The notes beneath the pieces are model-generated. The model had not been told where the DNA came from, searched no databases, and saw only the letters and a list, made by a program, of their open reading frames with translations. Source: an uncultured Candidatus Saccharibacteria bacterium (lineage in GTDB: Bacteria; Patescibacteriota; Minisyncoccia; Phycocordibacterales; DATDWN01). From it: DNA of 64,000 bases. Shown here in pieces: positions 1 through 8,077 of this stretch. The position numbers and the translations under genes were made by a program. Within the stretch, counting starts at the first letter, position 1; the number at the start of each line of letters is the position of its first letter. The stretch lies in the NCBI GenBank assembly GCA_964596875.1, contig CAZQVT010000001.1, forward strand, positions 42,514 to 106,513, in the 5' to 3' direction.

Positions 1-882
1 AAATACGATACTGTTTATAAAACTTGGAAGCATGATGTAAAAGTAGAAGGCGGAAACTTGGTGATAGACGGCAGAACAGTAAAGTTTGTTTCTGAAAAAG
101 AACCTACAAAACTTCCTTGGGGAGAGTTGGGTGTAGATGTAGTTGTAGAGTCTACTGGACTTTTTACAGACTTTGAAAAGGCAGCAGTGCATATGCAGGC
201 TGGTGCGAAAAAAGTTGTTATCTCTGCTCCGGCAAAGGGGGGTGAAGGCAAGGGGGAGACAATCCTAATGGGAGTAAACGAAGAAAAGTTTGGAACATGT
301 GATGTTACTTCAAACGCATCTTGTACTACAAATGCTGCATCGCCTCTCATTGCAATCCTTGATGAAAACTTTGGTATTGAAAAAGCAATTCTAAACACTG
401 TGCATGGTTATACTGCATCACAGGCTCTAGTTGATGGCCCTTCTAAAAAGGATTTGAGAGAGGGACGTGCAGCAGCACAAAACATTGTGCCTTCATCTAC
501 AGGTGCTGCTATAGCGGTAACAAAAGCATTTACAAAACTAGAGGGACTTTTCGATGGTATTTCTATTCGCGTTCCAGTTCCAGCAGGTTCTATAGTAGAT
601 GTAACTTTTATTTCTAAAAAACCTACGACTGCAGAGGAGGTAAACAGTGTGTTGCGAGAGCAAGCAAAACAAGACAGATGGAAGAAGATTTTTAGTGCTA
701 CAGATGAAGAACTAGTTTCATCAGATATTTTAGGAAGTGAGTATGGTTCTATTGCGGACTTGAAGATGACTCGTGTTGTTGGAGGAAACTTGGTAAAGGT
801 TATGGCTTGGTATGACAATGAGGCGGGGTATACACATATGCTGATCGACCACGTAGTAAAGACCGGCGGAACTATTAAGTAA
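1..882 (+). CDS. gap: Glyceraldehyde-3-phosphate dehydrogenase (type I), 5'-truncated by window edge
   Basis: Frame open from base 1 (KYDTVY...); catalytic motif SNASCTTN, VVESTG, WYDNE. Confidence 0.97.
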   Translation, partial: KYDTVYKTWKHDVKVEGGNLVIDGRTVKFVSEKEPTKLPWGELGVDVVVESTGLFTDFEKAAVHMQAGAKKVVISAPAKGGEGKGETILMGVNEEKFGTCDVTSNASCTTNAASPLIAILDENFGIEKAILNTVHGYTASQALVDGPSKKDLREGRAAAQNIVPSSTGAAIAVTKAFTKLEGLFDGISIRVPVPAGSIVDVTFISKKPTTAEEVNSVLREQAKQDRWKKIFSATDEELVSSDILGSEYGSIADLKMTRVVGGNLVKVMAWYDNEAGYTHMLIDHVVKTGGTIK

Positions 883-999
883 ACTTCCAGATTTGGGTAA
901 ATTCTCGTTCCCAAATTAAAAATGTGCGTCACCTTATATCAAATAAGGCTCCTTACATTTTTAATTTCTCCCGTCGAATTTCCTCCAAATCTGAAAGTT
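882..999 (+). repeat. Family A intergenic hairpin element, copy 1
   Basis: Arms aacttccagatttgg / ccaaatctgaaagtt; apical tcaccttatatcaaataaggct shared with other copies. Confidence 0.85.
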
Positions 1000-1016
1000 A
1001 GTGGTATAATTAACAT

Positions 1017-1262
1017 ATGAAAAAGGCAATTAAATTTTTATGGTACTCATTTATTATTTTGTTAATTTCTGAAATAGTTTTTGGTTTGGATTTTGAATCT
1101 GTGCTCCCAAAAAATCTACGTTTTAGCCCTATTGTGAACTTTTTAGAAGACGCATCTTTTACAATAATTCCATTTCTTTTGCTCCTTGTTATGGCGACGA
1201 TGATTGTATTGCTTGTCGTTCAAGTGATAATTAATAAACGCAACAGTAATAAAGTTATATGA
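1017..1262 (+). CDS. Small AT-rich membrane protein (2 TM)
   Basis: Two hydrophobic stretches; TGGTATAAT lies 6 nt before the ATG (leaderless). Confidence 0.7.
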   Translation: MKKAIKFLWYSFIILLISEIVFGLDFESVLPKNLRFSPIVNFLEDASFTIIPFLLLLVMATMIVLLVVQVIINKRNSNKVI

Positions 1263-1531
1263 GTAAGAGAAATACATTAATTGCACTACTATTCCCGCTA
1301 CTCGTTATTTTTTGGATTTCATTTGGAAAAACAATCCCATATAATTTCACCATCTTATTTGTTCCATTTGTTATTTTTATAACAGGTTTGCCACAATTAT
1401 TATCATGGTTTATTTTTTCAATGATTTTTGGAATCTCAGAGCCGGCTGGTATTTGGTTTAATACACTGACAGTAATACTAAGTTTTCCGTATGGCATGTT
1501 GGTGACTAATTTTATTTTTAAAAATAAATAA
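1259..1531 (+). CDS. Small AT-rich membrane protein
   Basis: Hydrophobic 90 aa; ATGA overlap with upstream gene, abuts rpiB. Confidence 0.65.
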   Translation: MSKRNTLIALLFPLLVIFWISFGKTIPYNFTILFVPFVIFITGLPQLLSWFIFSMIFGISEPAGIWFNTLTVILSFPYGMLVTNFIFKNK

Positions 1532-1978
1532 ATGAAAATTTATATTGGATCAGATCACGCTGGGTTTGCAACAAAGGGGGAACTTATTGAGTATCTAAAG
1601 ACATTGTCTGTAGAAGCCTTTGATTGTGGTCCACACGAATACAATCACGAGGATGACTATCCTGACTACATTTCTATAGTTGCAAAACAAGTTTCAGAAG
1701 ATCCAGATGCAAAAGGGATTGTTTTAGGTTTTTCTGGACAAGGAGAAGCGATAGTTGCAAATAGGTTTCCAAACGTGCGTTGTGCAGTGTTTTATGGCGG
1801 CACAAAGCATATACTTACACTGTCTCGTGAACACAACGATGCAAACATGCTTTCTATCGGCGCACATTTTGTGACAACACAGGAGGCAAAACAAGCAGTA
1901 GAACTATGGCTTCATACAAATTTTACAAACGAAGAGCGTCATGTAAGACGAATTAAGAAGATAGACCAAATAAAATAA
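1532..1978 (+). CDS. rpiB: Ribose-5-phosphate isomerase B
   Basis: GSDHAG, DYPD, SREHNDAN, RHVRRI motifs. Confidence 0.95.
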   Translation: MKIYIGSDHAGFATKGELIEYLKTLSVEAFDCGPHEYNHEDDYPDYISIVAKQVSEDPDAKGIVLGFSGQGEAIVANRFPNVRCAVFYGGTKHILTLSREHNDANMLSIGAHFVTTQEAKQAVELWLHTNFTNEERHVRRIKKIDQIK

Positions 1979-1982
1979 CAGC

Positions 1983-2657
1983 ATGACTAAAGTACTTCCA
2001 GCAATAATACCAGTAAATAAAAAACAACTAGAAGAAGAAGTTTCTATGGTCGCACATTTTGCAGATACAGTTCAGGTAGATATTTCTGATGGTGTTTTTA
2101 CAAACACTAGAACGTGGCCATACAACGGACAGGATAGAGATTATTTTGAAAACTTAAAAACAGAGGCCGAAGGTTGGCCAAAATGGGAAGATGTAGATAT
2201 CGAACTTCACCTCATGGTCGCAAAACCAGAAAATATTTTGGAAGACTGGATTTCTACGGGAGTTTCTAGTGTTGTTGCACACATAGAAGCCACAGACGAC
2301 TTTCAAGAGGTTATAGATATTTGTAAAGAAAAAAATATTTCTGTTGGTGTTGCTATAAAACCGAGTACTGATATAGAAAAAATAAAAGATTTTGTTCCTC
2401 AAGTAGATTTTATTCAGGTAATGGGTTCTGACAATTTAGGAAAACATGGAGTAGAGTTGGAAGAAAAAAGTTTAGAGGTGATAAAATCATTGCGAGCAAA
2501 GTTTTCAAATAGTATAATTGCTATTGATATTGGTGTAACAGAAGAAAATGCAGAAACTCTTGTAGGTGCCGGTGTAAACAAACTAATTTCCGGAGGAGCA
2601 ATACTGAATTCGGATAGTCCAAAAGAAGTGTACAATTATTTCGAGTCTCTGAATTAA
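1983..2657 (+). CDS. rpe: Ribulose-phosphate 3-epimerase
   Basis: QVDISDG.F, ELHLMV, DIGV motifs; pentose-phosphate context. Confidence 0.88.
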   Translation: MTKVLPAIIPVNKKQLEEEVSMVAHFADTVQVDISDGVFTNTRTWPYNGQDRDYFENLKTEAEGWPKWEDVDIELHLMVAKPENILEDWISTGVSSVVAHIEATDDFQEVIDICKEKNISVGVAIKPSTDIEKIKDFVPQVDFIQVMGSDNLGKHGVELEEKSLEVIKSLRAKFSNSIIAIDIGVTEENAETLVGAGVNKLISGGAILNSDSPKEVYNYFESLN

Positions 2658-2667
2658 CATTATATGA

Positions 2668-2862
2668 AACATATAATTTTTAGAGACTGCGGAGATAATT
2701 AGCAATTTAAGACGAAGATAAAACAAGCCTGAAGCACTGTTTGAGCGCACGTAATCGTGGCGAGTTTGCGAGAAGGCTGTGTATCTAGGATATAAATTGC
2801 TTGATTGTCGAGCGAGAGCAAAATTTTAGTAAAAATTTATGCGTGCTCTAAAAAATATATGT
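2668..2862 (+). repeat. Family C-like long branched hairpin between rpe and transketolase
   Basis: Nested inverted arms aacatataatttttagag/ctctaaaaaatatatgtt, gataattagcaattta/taaattgcttgattgtc, agcct/aggct. Confidence 0.65.
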
Positions 2863-3758
2863 TGAATAACTTAACAGACGAAAAAATAGAGTTCCTCACA
2901 AAAAAAGCAAATGAAATCAGGATCTCTATTATAGAGATGCTAGTTTCTGCTGGTTCGGGACACTCTGCGGGACCTTTGGGAATGGCAGATATTTTTACAG
3001 CATTATATTTTTATATACTTCGCCACAACCCAGAGGAGCCTTTTTGGGAAGATAGAGACAGACTTATACTTTCAAATGGTCACATAAACCCAGTTTTGTA
3101 TGCAACACTCGCCCATGTTGGATATTTTCCTGTAAATGAACTTTTAACACTTAGAAAATTTGAGTCACGTTTGCAGGGGCACCCACACAGAGAATTTTTA
3201 CCTATTTTGGAAACTAGTTCTGGTCCACTTGGTTCAGGACTTTCACAGGCGGTGGGTATGGCGATAGCAGACAGGATGGATAAGGGTAAAACTTCAGACA
3301 GATTTTTCTATTGTTTGCTTGGCGACGGGGAACTTAATGAGGGTCAAAACTGGGAAGCAATAATGCTTGCTGGAAAAGAAAGACTTGGAAATCTTATCGC
3401 GATAGTAGACAGAAACAATATTCAAATAGACGGATATACAGAAGATGTGATGCCACTGGACTCACTCACACATAAATTTGAAGCCTTTGGCTGGCATGCA
3501 GAAGAAATAGATGGTCACAACTTTTCATCTATTGTAGAGGCGGTAGGTCGCGCCCAAGCTGTTTTTGATGGACCAAGTGTTATTGTTGCAAGAACTATTC
3601 CTGGAAAGGGAGTTTCATTTATGGAGCGAGACTTCAAGTGGCACGGCAACCCTCCTGGAACAGAAATGGCTGGCGAACCACCAAAAGATAAACAGGCAGA
3701 GATCGCTTTGCATGATCTGAGAACATTGGGAGGACAGATAAGAAGTGAGCACGAATAA
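2859..3758 (+). CDS. Transketolase, N-terminal (TPP-binding) subunit
   Basis: GSGH, DRLILSNGH, LQGHP, GDGELNEG motifs; ATG at 2859 preferred over TTG at 2805. Confidence 0.95.
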   Translation: MLNNLTDEKIEFLTKKANEIRISIIEMLVSAGSGHSAGPLGMADIFTALYFYILRHNPEEPFWEDRDRLILSNGHINPVLYATLAHVGYFPVNELLTLRKFESRLQGHPHREFLPILETSSGPLGSGLSQAVGMAIADRMDKGKTSDRFFYCLLGDGELNEGQNWEAIMLAGKERLGNLIAIVDRNNIQIDGYTEDVMPLDSLTHKFEAFGWHAEEIDGHNFSSIVEAVGRAQAVFDGPSVIVARTIPGKGVSFMERDFKWHGNPPGTEMAGEPPKDKQAEIALHDLRTLGGQIRSEHE

Positions 3759-3762
3759 ATTT

Positions 3763-4761
3763 ATGATTAATTCTAATTCAAAACTAAATCCAAAAATTTT
3801 TGATAAAAAGGTGGAGCAGGTGCCAATCCGAAATGGTTTTGGCGAAGGACTTTTGGAAGCCGGAGAAAAAGATAAAAATGTAGTTGGTCTTTGTGCGGAT
3901 CTAAAAGAGTCTACAAAAATGAACCTTTTTGCCGATGAGTTTCCAGATAGATTTGTAGAGATTGGGGTCGCTGAACAAAACTTAGCATCGGTTGCGTCAG
4001 GTATGGCTGCTATGGGCAAAATTCCTTTTATCTCAAGTTATGCAATGTTTTCTCCTGGTAGAAACTGGGAACAGATCAGAACAACGATATGTTACAACGA
4101 CAGACCAGTTATAATAGTTGGAAGTCATGCTGGAGTTTCTGTGGGTCCCGATGGTGGAACACACCAAGCTATAGAGGACATGGCGATAACTCGTGTAATA
4201 CCAAACATGGTAGTGTTTTCACCTTGTGACCACATAGAAGCAAAAAAAGTAACTCTGGCTTCCGCAAAACTTGGTAAGCCTGCATACATAAGACTTGCCC
4301 GAGAGAAAACTCCTGTTATCACAACGGCAGACACTCCTTTTGAAGTAGGTAAGGCACAACTTTTCTACGGAGATGAAAAAGAAAATGCTGATGTGGGGAT
4401 TATTGCAACAGGAGCTTTGGTTCACAGAGCACTAAAAGTTGCAGAAGATCTCGCAAAAGAAAAAATAAATGCAAAAGTTTTAAATATTTCTACAATAAAA
4501 CCTTTGGATAATGAGGCAGTTATAAATATTGCAAAAACTTGTGGTGCAGTAGTTACAGTTGAGGAACATCAGGTGGCTGGGGGACTTGGTTCAGCGGTTG
4601 CAGAGTGTCTGTCGCAAAACCTCCCAACTCCACAAGAGTTTATTGGTGTAAAAGATAAGTTTGGTCAGTCTGGTAAACAAGACGAACTCATAAAACACTA
4701 CGAGATGGACGAAGAGGCGATAACAAAAGCATGCAAGAAGGTCGTGCAAAGAAAGAAATAA
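3763..4761 (+). CDS. Transketolase, C-terminal subunit
   Basis: GVAEQN, GPDGGTHQ, EEHQ..GGLG motifs; start could also be 3745. Confidence 0.95.
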   Translation: MINSNSKLNPKIFDKKVEQVPIRNGFGEGLLEAGEKDKNVVGLCADLKESTKMNLFADEFPDRFVEIGVAEQNLASVASGMAAMGKIPFISSYAMFSPGRNWEQIRTTICYNDRPVIIVGSHAGVSVGPDGGTHQAIEDMAITRVIPNMVVFSPCDHIEAKKVTLASAKLGKPAYIRLAREKTPVITTADTPFEVGKAQLFYGDEKENADVGIIATGALVHRALKVAEDLAKEKINAKVLNISTIKPLDNEAVINIAKTCGAVVTVEEHQVAGGLGSAVAECLSQNLPTPQEFIGVKDKFGQSGKQDELIKHYEMDEEAITKACKKVVQRKK

Positions 4762-4762
4762 T

Positions 4763-4790
4763 TTAAAAACTGCCTTTCGGCAGTTTTTAA
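4763..4790. terminator. Bidirectional intrinsic terminator
   Basis: ttaaaaactgcc-tttc-ggcagtttttaa between convergent genes. Confidence 0.85.
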
Positions 4791-4793
4791 ATT

Positions 4794-5798
4794 CTAATCC
4801 AACTTTTTTAGTTTGTATTCTGCTGGGGCATTGTTTAGATATTCCTCCAATTTTTCTCGAGTAAGGAGTCCCTTTTGCGCGCCGACTTGTTGTACAACTG
4901 ACATTGAGTTTATTGGTGCCCATGAAAGTGCCTCATGAAGAGTTTTACCTAGTATTAGTGCGGACACAACAGTAGAAGCAAAAGCATCTCCGGCCCCAGT
5001 TGCTTCACTAGGTGTGTGTGGGTATACAGGCATAAAGTAAGCCTCGTTTGTAGCTGGGTCGTATGAATATGCTCCTTCAAAACCGTCAGTCATTACAACT
5101 TTTTTCGGTCCAAGGTTTGCTAGACCTTTCATCAACACTTTTACATCTCGACTTGTTTCTCCAAGTATTCTCTGTGCTTCTTCTACGTTACAGAAAAATA
5201 TTTCCGTGCTTTTATATATTCTATCAAGAACCTCTTTGCCCATTTTCATTTGGAAAGTTCCAGGTTGGAAAGCAAGTTTAGTTTCAGGATGCTTTTCAAC
5301 AAAATCTACGATTTGCATTTGGAAATCTATAGTGTTATCTGCGAGAGAAGTAAGATAGATCCACTTTGGAGCAGTGTCCATTTTGAAATCGTACTTGTAG
5401 TGCTCGTGCTTTACTAAAATAGTTCGGTTTGCTTCGTACCATAGTACATAGTGATAGTTTGTTTTGTTATCAGGGTCTACGTGCATATATGTAGTATCCA
5501 CGCCGTCTTTTTGAAGTGAAGCAAGACAGTCTTCACCATCTCTGTCTTTTCCTACATACGAGTATAGTGCTGAGTGTAGTCCAAGTCGTGATGCAGACAC
5601 GGCTGCGTTAGCACTGTTTCCAACCGCATAACATATCTCTACTGATTCAAAAGGAACCTTGTCTCCATATCGAACACACAACTCACACTCCTCGTCGTTT
5701 ATTTTGCAGTGAGTTGCCGCGTCTTTAATTTTAATAAAAGCATCTACAACTGTATCTCCTACGGCTAGTAAATCTACCTGTTTATTTTCTGTATTCAT
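4794..5798 (-). CDS. PfkB/ribokinase-family carbohydrate kinase
   Basis: GNSANAA, NVEEA, ATGAGDAF motifs. Confidence 0.92.
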   Translation of the reverse strand: MNTENKQVDLLAVGDTVVDAFIKIKDAATHCKINDEECELCVRYGDKVPFESVEICYAVGNSANAAVSASRLGLHSALYSYVGKDRDGEDCLASLQKDGVDTTYMHVDPDNKTNYHYVLWYEANRTILVKHEHYKYDFKMDTAPKWIYLTSLADNTIDFQMQIVDFVEKHPETKLAFQPGTFQMKMGKEVLDRIYKSTEIFFCNVEEAQRILGETSRDVKVLMKGLANLGPKKVVMTDGFEGAYSYDPATNEAYFMPVYPHTPSEATGAGDAFASTVVSALILGKTLHEALSWAPINSMSVVQQVGAQKGLLTREKLEEYLNNAPAEYKLKKLD

Positions 5799-5802
5799 AT
5801 GG

Positions 5803-5842
5803 AAAAGTATACCACAGGGAAAGTCCCCTATGGTATACTTTT
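5803..5842. promoter_or_regulatory. Back-to-back extended -10 promoters for the pfkB-like gene and fba
   Basis: Perfect 12-bp inverted repeat aaaagtatacca/tggtatactttt, giving TGGTATACT on each strand a few nt before each ATG. Confidence 0.75.
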
Positions 5843-5845
5843 GTT

Positions 5846-6712
5846 ATGAAAACATTAAAACAAACAGTACTCGAAGCACGAGAGAAAAAGGTTGCAGTCG
5901 GACATTTTAACATTTCTAACTTAGAGGCTTTGTGGGGGATTTTCAAGGCAGCACAAAGTCTAAACGTTCCAGTAATTATCGGAGTTTCAGAAGGCGAAAG
6001 AGATTTTATTGGAGTAAAACAAGTTGTGGCACTGGTGAAAAGTATTCGTGAGGAATACGACTATCCTATATATCTAAATGCTGATCATACTTATTCTTTT
6101 GATAAAGTTAAAGAAGCCATAGATGCTGGTTTTGATTCTGTTATTGTAGACGGCGCAAAACTTTCTTTTGAAGAAAATGTAAAAATGACAAAACAGTGCG
6201 TGGAGTATGCGCGCGCTTGTGGTAGAGAAGTTTTGGTAGAAGCAGAACTTGGTTACATCGGTCAGTCATCAAAAGTTTTAGATGAAATCCCGGAAGGTGT
6301 AATGCTCGACGAAACATCTCTTACAGATCCAGCAAAAGCAAAAGAGTTTGTAGATGCTACAGGTATAGATATGCTCGCTCCTGCAGTAGGGAACTTTCAC
6401 GGCATGCTTCGCTCTGGTGTTGACCCGAAACTAAATATAGAAAGAGTAAAACAAATCGCCGACATAACAGGGATTCCTCTAGTTCTTCATGGTGGTTCAG
6501 GAAACTCTGGAGATGACTTCAAACAGTCTATTGCAAATGGTATCGCTATAGTTCATATAAATACAGAAATTCGTTTAGCATTTAGAGATGGAGTGAAAAA
6601 GTTTCTACAGGAAAACCCAGACGAAGTTGCACCTTACAAATTCCTAAAACCAGGAATGCAGGCAGTACAGGAAGTGGTAACAAATAAGTTGCGACAGTTC
6701 AATAATTTGTAG
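5846..6712 (+). CDS. fba: Class II fructose-bisphosphate aldolase
   Basis: NADH, VEAELG, GNFHG, LVLHGGSG, INTE motifs. Confidence 0.94.
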   Translation: MKTLKQTVLEAREKKVAVGHFNISNLEALWGIFKAAQSLNVPVIIGVSEGERDFIGVKQVVALVKSIREEYDYPIYLNADHTYSFDKVKEAIDAGFDSVIVDGAKLSFEENVKMTKQCVEYARACGREVLVEAELGYIGQSSKVLDEIPEGVMLDETSLTDPAKAKEFVDATGIDMLAPAVGNFHGMLRSGVDPKLNIERVKQIADITGIPLVLHGGSGNSGDDFKQSIANGIAIVHINTEIRLAFRDGVKKFLQENPDEVAPYKFLKPGMQAVQEVVTNKLRQFNNL

Positions 6713-6721
6713 ACCTCATTC

Positions 6722-6855
6722 GTTAATAATATTTTTCAGACCACTCACTCTCTCCTGCGGAGAGTTCGCTTATCCTCGGCATCCAACCGTCAAGAACGGG
6801 GTGCCTTGACGGAGCCAAGCTTGGAAGTCTGCGGAGTCTGAAAAATATTACTAAC
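6722..6855 (+). repeat. Family B hairpin element, copy 1, flanked by an 11-bp direct repeat
   Basis: 27-nt core ccgtcaagaacggggtgccttgacgga identical to 22583-22609; ctcattcgtta at 6715 and 6855. Confidence 0.85.
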
Positions 6856-6897
6856 TCATTCGTTACTAAACTCATATTTTAAGAGCGGATTTTAATA

Positions 6898-6926
6898 TTG
6901 ACATATGTAGTATAATGTGCTATACT
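6898..6926 (+). promoter_or_regulatory. Sigma70 promoter of GC-rich unit 1
   Basis: TTGACA-17-TATACT with extended TG. Confidence 0.8.
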
Positions 6927-7020
6927 TATACAAGTTAAATTGTTCCAAGAAAGTGCTTATTTTGAGCCATTTCTTGGAACAATTTCGTTAACCGTTCCTT
7001 TCACCGCCCTAGGAGGCAGC

Positions 7021-7335
7021 ATGCAGAACTTCATGGTCAACGTCGTCACCTCGTCGGTTCAGTATCCCGTCGAGAATCCGAGGCTCGATCCGATCTTCGA
7101 CATGAACCAGACCATCCTCCTCCAGTTCGGGCCCTGCTCGAAGGCGGAGGGTGACGCTGTCGCGGACCGCATCAACGCATGGGTTCGTGGTGGCGAAGGT
7201 CGTGGTGCGGCTGAAGCCTTCCGTATTCTGGGACTGGATCAGAGAACGAAAGACGTCTGGGCATCCTGCGACGAAATCCCAACCGCGGGCATCTCGGAAC
7301 TCATCAAAAAGTTCCAGGTGGAAATCCCCGTTTGA
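7021..7335 (+). CDS. Orphan protein, GC-rich unit 1
   Basis: AGGAGG 4 nt before ATG; C/G-ending codons. Confidence 0.75.
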   Translation: MQNFMVNVVTSSVQYPVENPRLDPIFDMNQTILLQFGPCSKAEGDAVADRINAWVRGGEGRGAAEAFRILGLDQRTKDVWASCDEIPTAGISELIKKFQVEIPV

Positions 7336-7527
7336 TCCACGTAACGATCCGTCTCTGGCGCGTCAGCCCAGTATCGTCCGAGGAAGTCATATATTCCTCG
7401 GACTTCCTTCAGAGAATTTAATTCTTAATTAAATGTTCTGAAGGAACGAACAGTTCCATCAAAGTAATTAAACTTTTGATTTCTTTGATGGGACAATTCC
7501 GTCCCTGTTCTTTTAGGAGGTTACCGA

Positions 7528-7715
7528 TGAAAGTTTACATCGTCATGCAGCAGGACCCACACGGAGAGGGTTCGCAGATCATGGGGGTGTACTTGGATAA
7601 GGCGAAAGCCGATGCCGAGGCCGCTGCCATGGTTCACACCATTGCCGTGGACGACGAGGGGCAGGATGTGGAGGTGTGCACTGGAGGTGTGGTAGAGCAT
7701 GAGGTAATCGAGTAA
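7528..7715 (+). CDS. Small acidic orphan protein, GC-rich unit 1 (phage-like KVYIV...GVY...A pattern)
   Basis: AGGAGG before the ATG near 7527-7528; C/G-ending codons. Confidence 0.75.
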
Positions 7716-7801
7716 GGTAAGTCGTCAGTCTCATTAGGTAACTGACGTAAAAGGGAGTTAAGCTACCCGCCTGCCATGGCAAAGTGCTGATGACCTGAAT
7801 C

Positions 7802-7829
7802 GGGCGCTCGGAGAGATCCAGCGCCTTTT
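7802..7829 (+). terminator. Terminator of GC-rich unit 1
   Basis: ggcgct...agcgcc followed by tttt. Confidence 0.7.
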
Positions 7830-7850
7830 CGTTTGTAAGAAATACTACTA

Positions 7851-8047
7851 ACAAAATTTTGTTGAGCCATAATTTTTATGGAACATCGCGGAGTGAGTGA
7901 ATAGTGAGTGAGAAATGACGCGTATCATTTCGCAAGACCTTGAGCACGAAGTAGCGAAAGGTGTACAGAGTCTGTAAGACTCGAAGAAAATTTCTAGCGA
8001 GAAATTATTCTGTTTCCAGAAAAGTTATGGCGAGAAAGAAATTTTGT
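7851..8047 (+). repeat. Family C hairpin carrying a nested Family D module (7908-7982)
   Basis: Outer part matches 58120-58246 (reverse strand); inner part matches 33432 and 43546. Confidence 0.85.
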
Positions 8048-8077
8048 GTCGCAGATTTAGTTTGATACAATTAAGCA

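Noticed and set aside
3745-3763. Frameshifted or pseudogenised transketolase
   Set aside because: Two-subunit transketolases are an established arrangement and both halves have intact motifs.
7775-7829. CTGATGA suggesting a hammerhead ribozyme or fluoride riboswitch
   Set aside because: No GAAA after the following stem and no matching 5' pseudoknot strand; treated as part of the unit 1 3' region.
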